From a virus, in IMG/VR virus record IMGVR_UViG_3300027779_003464, positions 32,001 through 96,000 of that record: DNA of 64,000 nucleotides; one strand, given 5' to 3'. Below, one piece after another: positions 56,080 to 63,841 of this stretch; position 1 is the first letter of the stretch; each line of letters starts with the position of its first letter. A program made the translations under genes and the position numbers. The notes beneath the pieces were generated by a model. It did no database searches and was not told the DNA's origin. It saw only the letters and a list, made by a program, of their open reading frames with translations.

Positions 56080-57708
56080 TTATTTTTTGCCGTTAAAAAA
56101 GTTATCTAGATTATCTTGTAAACCGTTAGACATTTTCATGAAATCATCAAAAGAATAAATAACAGATTCGTTAAATTTTTCTTCCTTCTTCTTCTTTCTG
56201 TTAATCTTCTTAATTAACCTCTTTTTCTTACGATCAGCTTTTCTATTTTTACGTTTTTTCCTTTTAGCATCTTTTAAATCACCTTTAGTATCTTCCAATT
56301 CCTTTTCTAATTCTTCTAATGACATATCGTCTAAAGATTCTTCTTCTTCTTCTTTCTTAGGCTCTTCCTTCTTAACTTCTTCTTTCTTAGGCTCTTCCTT
56401 TTTAACTTCTTCTTTCTTAGGCTCTTCCTTTTTAACTTCTTCTTTCTTAGGCTCTTCCTTTTTTGCTATTATATCAACAATCTTTTTAGCAGTGTTTGGT
56501 CCAACAATACCATCTTCTGTTAGGCCATTTTCTTTTTGCCAAGCTTTAACTGCTTTGTCTGTACCTGGTCCAAATTTTCCATCAGCCTCTACTCCTAAAA
56601 ATTCTTGAAGAGCTTTAACCGCTTCTCCGTTTCTTCCTCGTCTAAGAGATCTTTTAGTCTTTATTATATCTGATATTGTTCCATCAACTGTTTTAGATCC
56701 ACTTGACTTTTTAGTACTAGCAGTAGGAGTAACCGGTGTTAAAAATGAATCGGCTGTAGCCTTTCCTGCATTTGCAATCGCTAATTCTACTTTACCATCT
56801 TCGAGTGGAGTAGAAGATCCTTTAAGTTTAAGCTTAGATATTAGTTGTTTATATTTGTCAGGACTTGAAATATAATATGCTTTATTATTAGTAACATCTA
56901 ATAACCATCTAGTATTTCCTGCTGATGTTTTTCTAATTAATTTATATTCAATATTTTCTAGAATAGATCCAACCATTCTATCTACTTCTTGAGGACTAAA
57001 AAAATATTTATTTGATTCAGAAATTCCTGCTGGAGTTCCTGGATGTTCCATATGAGCGTCTACATCTACTGAAATATCAATTGGAGTTTCAGAATCTACC
57101 GCTGGATCAGGTAAATCTAATTTTTCAGCAGCATCTTTTAAATTATCACCTCCATGATATATTACTTCTTCTGATCTCCACATTTCTAAACTATGTTCTG
57201 TGCTTACTCCCGATTTTAAAAAGGGGGTGGTAACTGCAACTCTTACTGAATTAGTAATATTTACAGCAGTATCTAAAGCATTAGTTAATTCATCAGATGA
57301 TGTTGTATATACAACATATTCTCTATCTGGCTCTGATTCAACTGGATTATGTTTATCACTTTTATTAGCAGTGACTTTAACTCTAAGATAAACTGGCTTA
57401 TCTCCAATCATTGCAGCTTCTCCGTCTTTACCATCTGCCCAAAGTTTAAGAGGTTCCGGTGAAGACCATACTCCTGCACCAGATGCAGCAATTGATCTTA
57501 ATTCTTGTTCAACGTCTGAACCGATTGGCCATGCGTACATTCTACCAGACATTTTTTGTTTTTTAAGTGTTTCAAGGTCACCTTCATGTTGAACTGCTTC
57601 TTCAGAACTGACATCATCAGCTCCGACTGGCATATCATCTCCGTCTAAATCAGGTGAAATACCCGTGTTCTCATAAAGTTTTTTCAAATCTATCTTTCTA
57701 TAAAACAT
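56080..57708 (-). CDS. Protein with a peptidoglycan-binding domain (PG_binding_1) and KKEEP repeats
   Basis: LRRGRNGEAVKALQEFLGVEADGKFGPGTDKAVKAWQKENGLTEDGIVGPNT. Confidence 0.85.
   Translation of the reverse strand: MFYRKIDLKKLYENTGISPDLDGDDMPVGADDVSSEEAVQHEGDLETLKKQKMSGRMYAWPIGSDVEQELRSIAASGAGVWSSPEPLKLWADGKDGEAAMIGDKPVYLRVKVTANKSDKHNPVESEPDREYVVYTTSSDELTNALDTAVNITNSVRVAVTTPFLKSGVSTEHSLEMWRSEEVIYHGGDNLKDAAEKLDLPDPAVDSETPIDISVDVDAHMEHPGTPAGISESNKYFFSPQEVDRMVGSILENIEYKLIRKTSAGNTRWLLDVTNNKAYYISSPDKYKQLISKLKLKGSSTPLEDGKVELAIANAGKATADSFLTPVTPTASTKKSSGSKTVDGTISDIIKTKRSLRRGRNGEAVKALQEFLGVEADGKFGPGTDKAVKAWQKENGLTEDGIVGPNTAKKIVDIIAKKEEPKKEEVKKEEPKKEEVKKEEPKKEEVKKEEPKKEEEEESLDDMSLEELEKELEDTKGDLKDAKRKKRKNRKADRKKKRLIKKINRKKKKEEKFNESVIYSFDDFMKMSNGLQDNLDNFFNGKK
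56347..56463 (-). repeat. 30-nt coding tandem repeat, about 4 copies (KKEEPKKEEV)
   Basis: Direct repeat visible in the DNA. Confidence 0.9.
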
Positions 57709-57736
57709 ATCTTGTTATTATTATTTTCTATTATAG

Positions 57737-57764
57737 TTTTATTTATTCACGTGAATAAATAAAA
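57737..57764. promoter_or_regulatory. Perfect 28-bp palindrome TTTTATTTATTCACGTGAATAAATAAAA = back-to-back late promoters
   Basis: Lies between divergent genes; each arm contains AATAAATA. Confidence 0.75.
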
Positions 57765-57766
57765 AT

Positions 57767-59233
57767 ATGAATAAGCACGTTTTAACATTCTCACAAATAA
57801 TTAATGAATCAGTTGGATTTGGATCTGTTTTATTAATAAAAGGTAAATCATCAGATGCCGGAAGATATTTATACGCAACTACAGTCAAAGGAAGTGTAGA
57901 AATAAAGCCAGGTCTTAGAATGGTGTTCATTGGCGATGAGGTATATAGAGTTATTAATAAAGAAGGAAAGTTTTTTGGTAGAAAAATATCATATGGATCA
58001 GAAGATGGACTCAAAGGAATATTTAATATGAGAAATCCTGGAAAGCCTAGTATTGTTTTAAATCACAATAAAACTCCATTTCATTGGATTACTCTTAAGC
58101 TTAATGATATTGGATCAGCGCTAAGAGAACTTGGACCTAGATTATTTAGTCATGATTTAATACTAGAATCAGAAAATGATATTGATGCTGATGGAATAGA
58201 AGATTCTCAAGACGATGAAATATCAGTTCCAATAGATAATATGGATCAGAGAATTCAATCAGAAGAAAATTATGATGAATCTAAGAGAAAACAAGAATTA
58301 TATGATACAATATGTTATGAAGTAATTAAAGCTATTTCTGGAAAAGAATCAAACGTAAATCCTAAATTAATTGAGATGGAAGAAGTTGATTGGGAAGATG
58401 ATTATCAAGAGCTTGAAGATAATTATGAATCATATGAATGGAGTATGCGTATGGAAGTTTACTTAGATCATTCTAAATTTAAAGACTTTGAAAAAGAATT
58501 AGCTGATCTAGAAATAGCAGGAGATTTTATGGAAATGCTCGATGTCCAGCCTAGTATAGAAGTAGTTATAGGATTTAGTAGTGATATTGAAATTAGACAC
58601 GAATATGAAAAAGGAGATCACTATGAACCTGACTATTCAGAAGTAACAATAGCTTCGTGCAATTCTTCAATAGATGATATAATAATAGAAGATATTTCAG
58701 GAAATGAATCAATTTTAACAAAACCTGCTCCTTTACAAGAATTAGTTAAAAATTTAGAATATAGATTTAATGATAGTGAAGGATTTCTTCCAAGTGATAT
58801 ATGGGGAGAGTTTAAACATAATATAATGAAATCTAATGGATCCCATATTAATTTAGAACCTTATGAACAAGAAAAGTATATAAAACAAGAACTATTAAAT
58901 AAAAAATCTGATAAAGTTAGACTATTAAAAATATCTTTTGGTAAAAACTATAATAGTCAGAAAACAGAAATTCATATTCAAAATGCTAAAGATATATCTA
59001 AGTATTGGAAAGATAAGCTTAACATAAGTGAAATATCCGATAATGAATTATATAGATTACAAAAGATTACATATGAAATAGAGTATTTTGATGAGCTTAT
59101 ACCTTCCATGGAAGGGAAAGTCCCAAAAATTATGGTGAACAGGAAAGGTTGGATGACTAAGCGAAGAGATAGATATGCAGAGGATCTTAAAGAAGAAATC
59201 AAAAAGATAAAGTCCTCTAACAATTCTAAATAA
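57767..59233 (+). CDS. Acidic hypothetical protein with leader MNKHVLTFSQIINES
   Basis: ORF track; leader; late promoter. Confidence 0.8.
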   Translation: MNKHVLTFSQIINESVGFGSVLLIKGKSSDAGRYLYATTVKGSVEIKPGLRMVFIGDEVYRVINKEGKFFGRKISYGSEDGLKGIFNMRNPGKPSIVLNHNKTPFHWITLKLNDIGSALRELGPRLFSHDLILESENDIDADGIEDSQDDEISVPIDNMDQRIQSEENYDESKRKQELYDTICYEVIKAISGKESNVNPKLIEMEEVDWEDDYQELEDNYESYEWSMRMEVYLDHSKFKDFEKELADLEIAGDFMEMLDVQPSIEVVIGFSSDIEIRHEYEKGDHYEPDYSEVTIASCNSSIDDIIIEDISGNESILTKPAPLQELVKNLEYRFNDSEGFLPSDIWGEFKHNIMKSNGSHINLEPYEQEKYIKQELLNKKSDKVRLLKISFGKNYNSQKTEIHIQNAKDISKYWKDKLNISEISDNELYRLQKITYEIEYFDELIPSMEGKVPKIMVNRKGWMTKRRDRYAEDLKEEIKKIKSSNNSK

Positions 59234-59239
59234 TAATTA

Positions 59240-59266
59240 AAACAGAGCTCTGTTTTTTAGTATAAT
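59240..59266 (+). promoter_or_regulatory. AAAC-N17-TATAAT promoter overlapping an 18-bp palindrome
   Basis: Perfect pattern; AAAACAGAGCTCTGTTTT at 59239-59256. Confidence 0.65.
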
Positions 59267-59286
59267 ATATTAAACTTTATAAAAAT

Positions 59287-60198
59287 ATGAAAAATGTATT
59301 AGTAACAGGAGGAGCAGGATTTGTAGGAAGTAACTTAATTAGTAAATTAAAAGCTAATAATCCAGATATTAAAATCACATGCCTAGATAATTATTTTACA
59401 GGTAAAGAAGAAAACCATATACCCGGCGTAAACTATATTAAGGGTAATACTTGGGAAGCAGACCTAATCTTTGAAGATAAACGAATTTCGTTCGATACAG
59501 TATTTCATTTCGGAGAATACTCTAGAATTGTTCAATCCTTTGACGATATTCAATATGTTGCTAAGACTAATATGGGAGGGACTCCTATCATTTTAGAATT
59601 ATGTAGACAGTGGGGTGCTAAATTAATATATTCTGCATCTTCTTCTAAATTTGGTGACGATGGAAAAGACGAAAATCTTTCTCCTTATGCTTGGATGAAA
59701 GCAAAAATGGTAGAATATATTAAGAATTATAATGATTGGTATGGATTAGAATATCAAATATGTTATTTCTTTAATGTATATGGTCCCGGCCAGATTATGA
59801 AAGGTGATTATGCTACGGTTGTTGGTATTTTTGAAAGACAACATAATTTGGGTCAAAAATGTACAGTAGTTGAACCTGGAACTCAAAGCAGAGATTTTAC
59901 TCATGTTGATGACATAGTAAGTGGGGTTGTAAAATCTGCTGAATATTTACATAAATCAGCAAATGATCCATCAACTATAAGTATTGAAAGAGAATGGTAT
60001 TTAAAATCAGGAAAAGAAAGAACTATAGTTGACGTTGCTGAGATGTTTGGTGATTGGGAATTTATTCCCGAAAGAAAGGGAGAAAGGCGTAATAGCGCAA
60101 CTATTGATAACAATACTTGTGAAAGATTAGGATGGGAACCAACTCATTCGTTAGAAAAATGGATAGTTAAACAAAAATGTACTAAAAGCTTAGTGTAA
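59287..60198 (+). CDS. NAD-dependent nucleotide-sugar epimerase/dehydratase (extended SDR)
   Basis: VLVTGGAGFVGS, YSASSS, SPYAWMK (YxxxK), FFNVYGP, RDFTHVDD. Confidence 0.92.
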   Translation: MKNVLVTGGAGFVGSNLISKLKANNPDIKITCLDNYFTGKEENHIPGVNYIKGNTWEADLIFEDKRISFDTVFHFGEYSRIVQSFDDIQYVAKTNMGGTPIILELCRQWGAKLIYSASSSKFGDDGKDENLSPYAWMKAKMVEYIKNYNDWYGLEYQICYFFNVYGPGQIMKGDYATVVGIFERQHNLGQKCTVVEPGTQSRDFTHVDDIVSGVVKSAEYLHKSANDPSTISIEREWYLKSGKERTIVDVAEMFGDWEFIPERKGERRNSATIDNNTCERLGWEPTHSLEKWIVKQKCTKSLV

Positions 60199-60479
60199 TG
60201 AGTAGATATTCATCAACAGTTATTAACCCAGAAGGTACACTCCTTGAATTATCATGGGGATTTGATCACGCATTAGGATATTGGTACGATATATTCGATC
60301 GTGATAAAGGTACAGAAGAACATGAGCAATTAGTAGAATCATGGTCATCAACATTAGGATTTTTACCTAAACAACCAGGAAGAACAAGTAATAGCAGAAG
60401 TGTTATATTGGAATTCCTTATTAAGTATGATCTTTCAGAAGAACATAGAGGTGCAGTCGGATCAGATTACCCGTTTTAA
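60198..60479 (+). CDS. Small hypothetical protein
   Basis: Coupled TAATG junction with the epimerase gene. Confidence 0.75.
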   Translation: MSRYSSTVINPEGTLLELSWGFDHALGYWYDIFDRDKGTEEHEQLVESWSSTLGFLPKQPGRTSNSRSVILEFLIKYDLSEEHRGAVGSDYPF

Positions 60480-60492
60480 AAGTAAATATAAA

Positions 60493-60858
60493 ATGAAAAT
60501 TAAAAGAAGAATCGCAACAGAATGTAAAAAGATTAGAAGAAGTAAATCTAATCCAGGTTATTTCAAATATGAAGTAACAATTCAAGAAAAGGATGGAACT
60601 ATTGATACTCATCCAGCTTATGGTAAAGATATGCAAGGGGCTTTATCTAGATTATTAAAAAAAGAAATAACTACTAAAATAGAAAGAAAATTAAATGCAG
60701 GCTGGGTATTTGTAGCTTGGATGATATTGATGGGATGGCCAACTCTAATTATGCCAAATATCGCTAATTCTCCTATATATATTGTTTACTCCTTTAGCTC
60801 AATTGCAATAACTTTAATGTTTGCAGCAATATGGTATAATTACGTAAATAAAGAATAA
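60493..60858 (+). CDS. Hypothetical membrane protein with 2 C-terminal TM segments (ATG at 60493 preferred)
   Basis: A-rich start context; hydrophobic C-terminus. Confidence 0.75.
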   Translation: MKIKRRIATECKKIRRSKSNPGYFKYEVTIQEKDGTIDTHPAYGKDMQGALSRLLKKEITTKIERKLNAGWVFVAWMILMGWPTLIMPNIANSPIYIVYSFSSIAITLMFAAIWYNYVNKE

Positions 60859-60859
60859 T

Positions 60860-61096
60860 ATGTCAGGAAAATTTAAAGTAGGAAATCAATATAGAAATAA
60901 TCCGCTATCCAATAAACCTTCTTCTGTAATAGTTGAATTACATGAAAGAAATGGAACAACTAAAGTATACGATAATATACACAACGCGACAGCTTTTATA
61001 AATAGGGCATTTCAAAATCTATCTATAATATCAGCTACTGTAAAAGATTTATCAGATGACTCTTCTCCTAAACTTATATCAAACTATAATTTGTGA
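60860..61096 (+). CDS. Small hypothetical protein
   Basis: Tight operon packing. Confidence 0.7.
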   Translation: MSGKFKVGNQYRNNPLSNKPSSVIVELHERNGTTKVYDNIHNATAFINRAFQNLSIISATVKDLSDDSSPKLISNYNL

Positions 61097-61323
61097 TGGG
61101 TTTTCACAGGAGATACATTGGCACGGATATTATAATAAGTAATTATAAAAGTGGAGGATCTAAATCAATTTTTGAAATGTATACTAGCGGGGTTGACGCA
61201 TTAATATTAAGCGGGGATTTATCTAGTGATCTAAATTCTATTATAAATGATATTAAATTAGAGGAAAAAGAAGTGCTTAGGGAAATATCTAGAATAGTAG
61301 AATCATCTAAAGATTTCAAGTAA
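61093..61323 (+). CDS. Small hypothetical protein (MGFHRRYI...)
   Basis: Tight operon packing. Confidence 0.7.
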   Translation: MMGFHRRYIGTDIIISNYKSGGSKSIFEMYTSGVDALILSGDLSSDLNSIINDIKLEEKEVLREISRIVESSKDFK

Positions 61324-61812
61324 TTCATCTTTCATAGGATTCTTATCGCTTATGCAAATATCTCCTAATTCATTACTTTTACAGGTAACTCCTAAAGCTG
61401 ATTTTAATCTTGCCCAGACTTTATTAATAATTGGATTGTGGCGCCTTCCAATTCCAGAATAAAGATGTCCTAGCCAGTCTACTAAACTTCGATATATCTT
61501 AGTTCCTAATCCAAGTCCTCTAAGTTCTTCTGCCAATGTTATATGAATTTGATAAAGAATTCCTTGTATTATTTGAATATCTACTATTACTCCTTTCTTT
61601 ATAATATCTGTTTCTAATGGTATATCTAATTCTAACCAAATAATATTCCTGCCGTTATCTCCAATTTGTTTCCAATCTAAATCTCGCCAGCTTATCTTCT
61701 TTACCCAATCTATATCTGATTTATCTATGTCAATTTGCTCTGGAAATCTTAATCCTCCGAGCTCTTCAAAGGATTCCCATAATTTATATTGCATTGCTTT
61801 ATGGCTAGCCAT
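61303..61812 (-). CDS. GNAT-acetyltransferase-like protein
   Basis: IHITLAEELRGLGLGTKIY (acetyl-CoA motif A), then LYSG...INKVWARL. Confidence 0.6.
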   Translation of the reverse strand: MASHKAMQYKLWESFEELGGLRFPEQIDIDKSDIDWVKKISWRDLDWKQIGDNGRNIIWLELDIPLETDIIKKGVIVDIQIIQGILYQIHITLAEELRGLGLGTKIYRSLVDWLGHLYSGIGRRHNPIINKVWARLKSALGVTCKSNELGDICISDKNPMKDELLEIFR

Positions 61813-61814
61813 TG

Positions 61815-62129
61815 TTATATACTTTTATTTTTTCTTATCATATATAAAGATGCAGCTTCCTTTAAGCTTTCACTCCAGTCGCTTAACTTTAAAACATTAT
61901 CCTGTATAGAGAATCCGTTCTCTTTAAATTCTTCAAACATATGATGGTTTAATATATTATTCTTTTTTATTTTTATAGCCGTTTGTATTTCAATATCCTC
62001 TTTCTCATGAAAAGGATTAGCCGATTTAATAAATTCTACTAGATCAGACAACATACCCATTAATTCTCTTTGGTCGTCCATTTGATTTTCAGACTCTCGT
62101 ATTAGTCTGCTGTTTTGTCTATTTGCCAT
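61815..62129 (-). CDS. Hypothetical protein (MANRQNSRLIRESE)
   Basis: ORF; AATAAATA upstream at ~62153-62160. Confidence 0.7.
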   Translation of the reverse strand: MANRQNSRLIRESENQMDDQRELMGMLSDLVEFIKSANPFHEKEDIEIQTAIKIKKNNILNHHMFEEFKENGFSIQDNVLKLSDWSESLKEAASLYMIRKNKSI

Positions 62130-62217
62130 AGTTTAAGATTATTGTATATTACTATTTATTTTAATTATACCGAGATAATTAGTATAATATTTAGATAAAT
62201 CATTAAAATTACTATTT

Positions 62218-62652
62218 ATGAAATTACAATTGAATAAAGTTGAGATGTTAAAGGTATTACATAGTGCTTTCTGTAACGGAGGATTAAATGAATTAAGATA
62301 TTGTGATGTTGAATTAAACGTATTAGAAAAAGAATATGTAAATGCCAGAAATAGATTAGAAAAACAAATATTAAAGGGCAATAATGAAAACGTGTACTAT
62401 GTTGGCACAGATGGACCAACAGTTTGTTTAGAAGATGTATATTTAGAAATATTAAGAGAAGGAGAGGCAATTAATTTCATAGATCATAATAATGGTAAAA
62501 AAATAGGCTTTACTCTTAGTAAAGCAATAAAATCCTTATCCAGAGAAGAATTTGCGTCTGATGTATTAAAAACTGTAAAGGGTGGAGATGATGCTTGGAC
62601 TGGATTTAATCTTATTCAAGGATGTTTATACGGAGAAGTAGTTTATGGATAA
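62218..62652 (+). CDS. Hypothetical protein ending in GEVVYG
   Basis: ORF; C-terminal DDAWTGFNLIQGCLYGEVVYG pattern typical of small phage proteins. Confidence 0.75.
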   Translation: MKLQLNKVEMLKVLHSAFCNGGLNELRYCDVELNVLEKEYVNARNRLEKQILKGNNENVYYVGTDGPTVCLEDVYLEILREGEAINFIDHNNGKKIGFTLSKAIKSLSREEFASDVLKTVKGGDDAWTGFNLIQGCLYGEVVYG

Positions 62653-62655
62653 ATT

Positions 62656-62865
62656 ATGATACATAAAGATACACTAATATCGGTTATAGAATCTAATAGA
62701 GCGTGGTCGACTGCTAAGCATAGGTCTGCTGATATGCTATTAAAATATCACAATAGCCAGGAAATAAGAGACTACATTTGGTCTCTTTTTGTTAAAACCA
62801 AGGATTATTATTATTGTTCAATATTAAAAATGAAGAAGAATGGGAAAGAAGAGAGAAATAAATGA
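62656..62865 (+). CDS. Small hypothetical protein
   Basis: Operon packing. Confidence 0.6.
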   Translation: MIHKDTLISVIESNRAWSTAKHRSADMLLKYHNSQEIRDYIWSLFVKTKDYYYCSILKMKKNGKEERNK

Positions 62866-63049
62866 ATATAGACAGGTAAAAGATTCAGTATATAAGCGGC
62901 CTAAAAGCCATGGAAATAGAATCAGTAGCTTATGTGGACTAGAGATAGATCTATTTGTAGAAGAAATGGTAAACGAATACCCGAATTACTATAGTCTAGG
63001 GCAAGCACTCCATCATATCTATCTTGAAAATAAAAAATTAAATGAATAG
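62840..63049 (+). CDS. Small hypothetical protein
   Basis: Operon packing. Confidence 0.65.
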   Translation: MGKKREINEYRQVKDSVYKRPKSHGNRISSLCGLEIDLFVEEMVNEYPNYYSLGQALHHIYLENKKLNE

Positions 63050-63146
63050 AAATGAACAAGAATTACACAAGGATATTAAGCGTGTGGCTATAGCCTTGGA
63101 AAAATTAGTTAAGTTAATGACAAAAATGATGAAAGAAAATGGATGA
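63042..63146 (+). CDS. 34-aa helical mini-protein MNRNEQELHKDIKRVAIALEKLVKLMTKMMKENG
   Basis: Manual translation; overlaps both neighbours by 8 nt. Confidence 0.55.
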   Translation: MNRNEQELHKDIKRVAIALEKLVKLMTKMMKENG

Positions 63147-63348
63147 TAAAACAACATATAATTACAAAGAAGATAGTTACCCATACATGTATCATTTGTC
63201 TAATCATAGAAGTAATGATCAGAAGTGGGCATGTATGATAAGGGAAAATTATACTAGCTACTTCAATAACCCAATATCGGTTAAAATAGGATACGGCGAA
63301 ACTCCAGAGCTTGCATTTAAAAATGTTAAAGATCTAGAAGATGAATAG
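63139..63348 (+). CDS. Small hypothetical protein
   Basis: ORF; GYGETPELAF motif. Confidence 0.65.
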   Translation: MDDKTTYNYKEDSYPYMYHLSNHRSNDQKWACMIRENYTSYFNNPISVKIGYGETPELAFKNVKDLEDE

Positions 63349-63381
63349 TATAAACATATAGAGATGCATAAAACTGAATAA

Positions 63382-63633
63382 ATGAACACACAAAAGCAAT
63401 CCTATTACGGAAGACATAACTTACCACAAAAGAATAAAATGTCAAAGGCATCAATGATCAATTTAGTTTATTACTATAATCTTAAAAAACTAGGAAGATC
63501 TGATGAGTACATATTTAATCTGATACAACCTGAAAGACGTGAACAGTTCTTTAAGGACATACTACACAGATATACACCAACACCAGTAAAAAAGAAAAAT
63601 TGGATCCAAACACTATTTCAAGTAGAAAGATAA
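63382..63633 (+). CDS. Small hypothetical protein
   Basis: ORF track. Confidence 0.6.
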   Translation: MNTQKQSYYGRHNLPQKNKMSKASMINLVYYYNLKKLGRSDEYIFNLIQPERREQFFKDILHRYTPTPVKKKNWIQTLFQVER

Positions 63634-63643
63634 AGTAAAAACA

Positions 63644-63841
63644 ATGAGTAAGAAAAAAACATATCACATTAGAAAAACAATTTTTCCAGAAAAAATTTCA
63701 GTTATTATTAATGATGGACTAGGAGTTGTAGCCGGTTTTAATTTTGATGAGGCAGTAAAGATGTGTCAATTATTAAACGCAAATTCTAATCATGATTGTA
63801 AATATGAATTAGTACAAGTAAACCAAAACAAAGATGACTGA
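63644..63841 (+). CDS. Small hypothetical protein
   Basis: ORF track. Confidence 0.65.
   Translation: MSKKKTYHIRKTIFPEKISVIINDGLGVVAGFNFDEAVKMCQLLNANSNHDCKYELVQVNQNKDD

Noticed and set aside
56347-56463. 30-nt direct repeats considered as a CRISPR array
   Set aside because: Contiguous in-frame coding repeats with no unique spacers and no cas genes.
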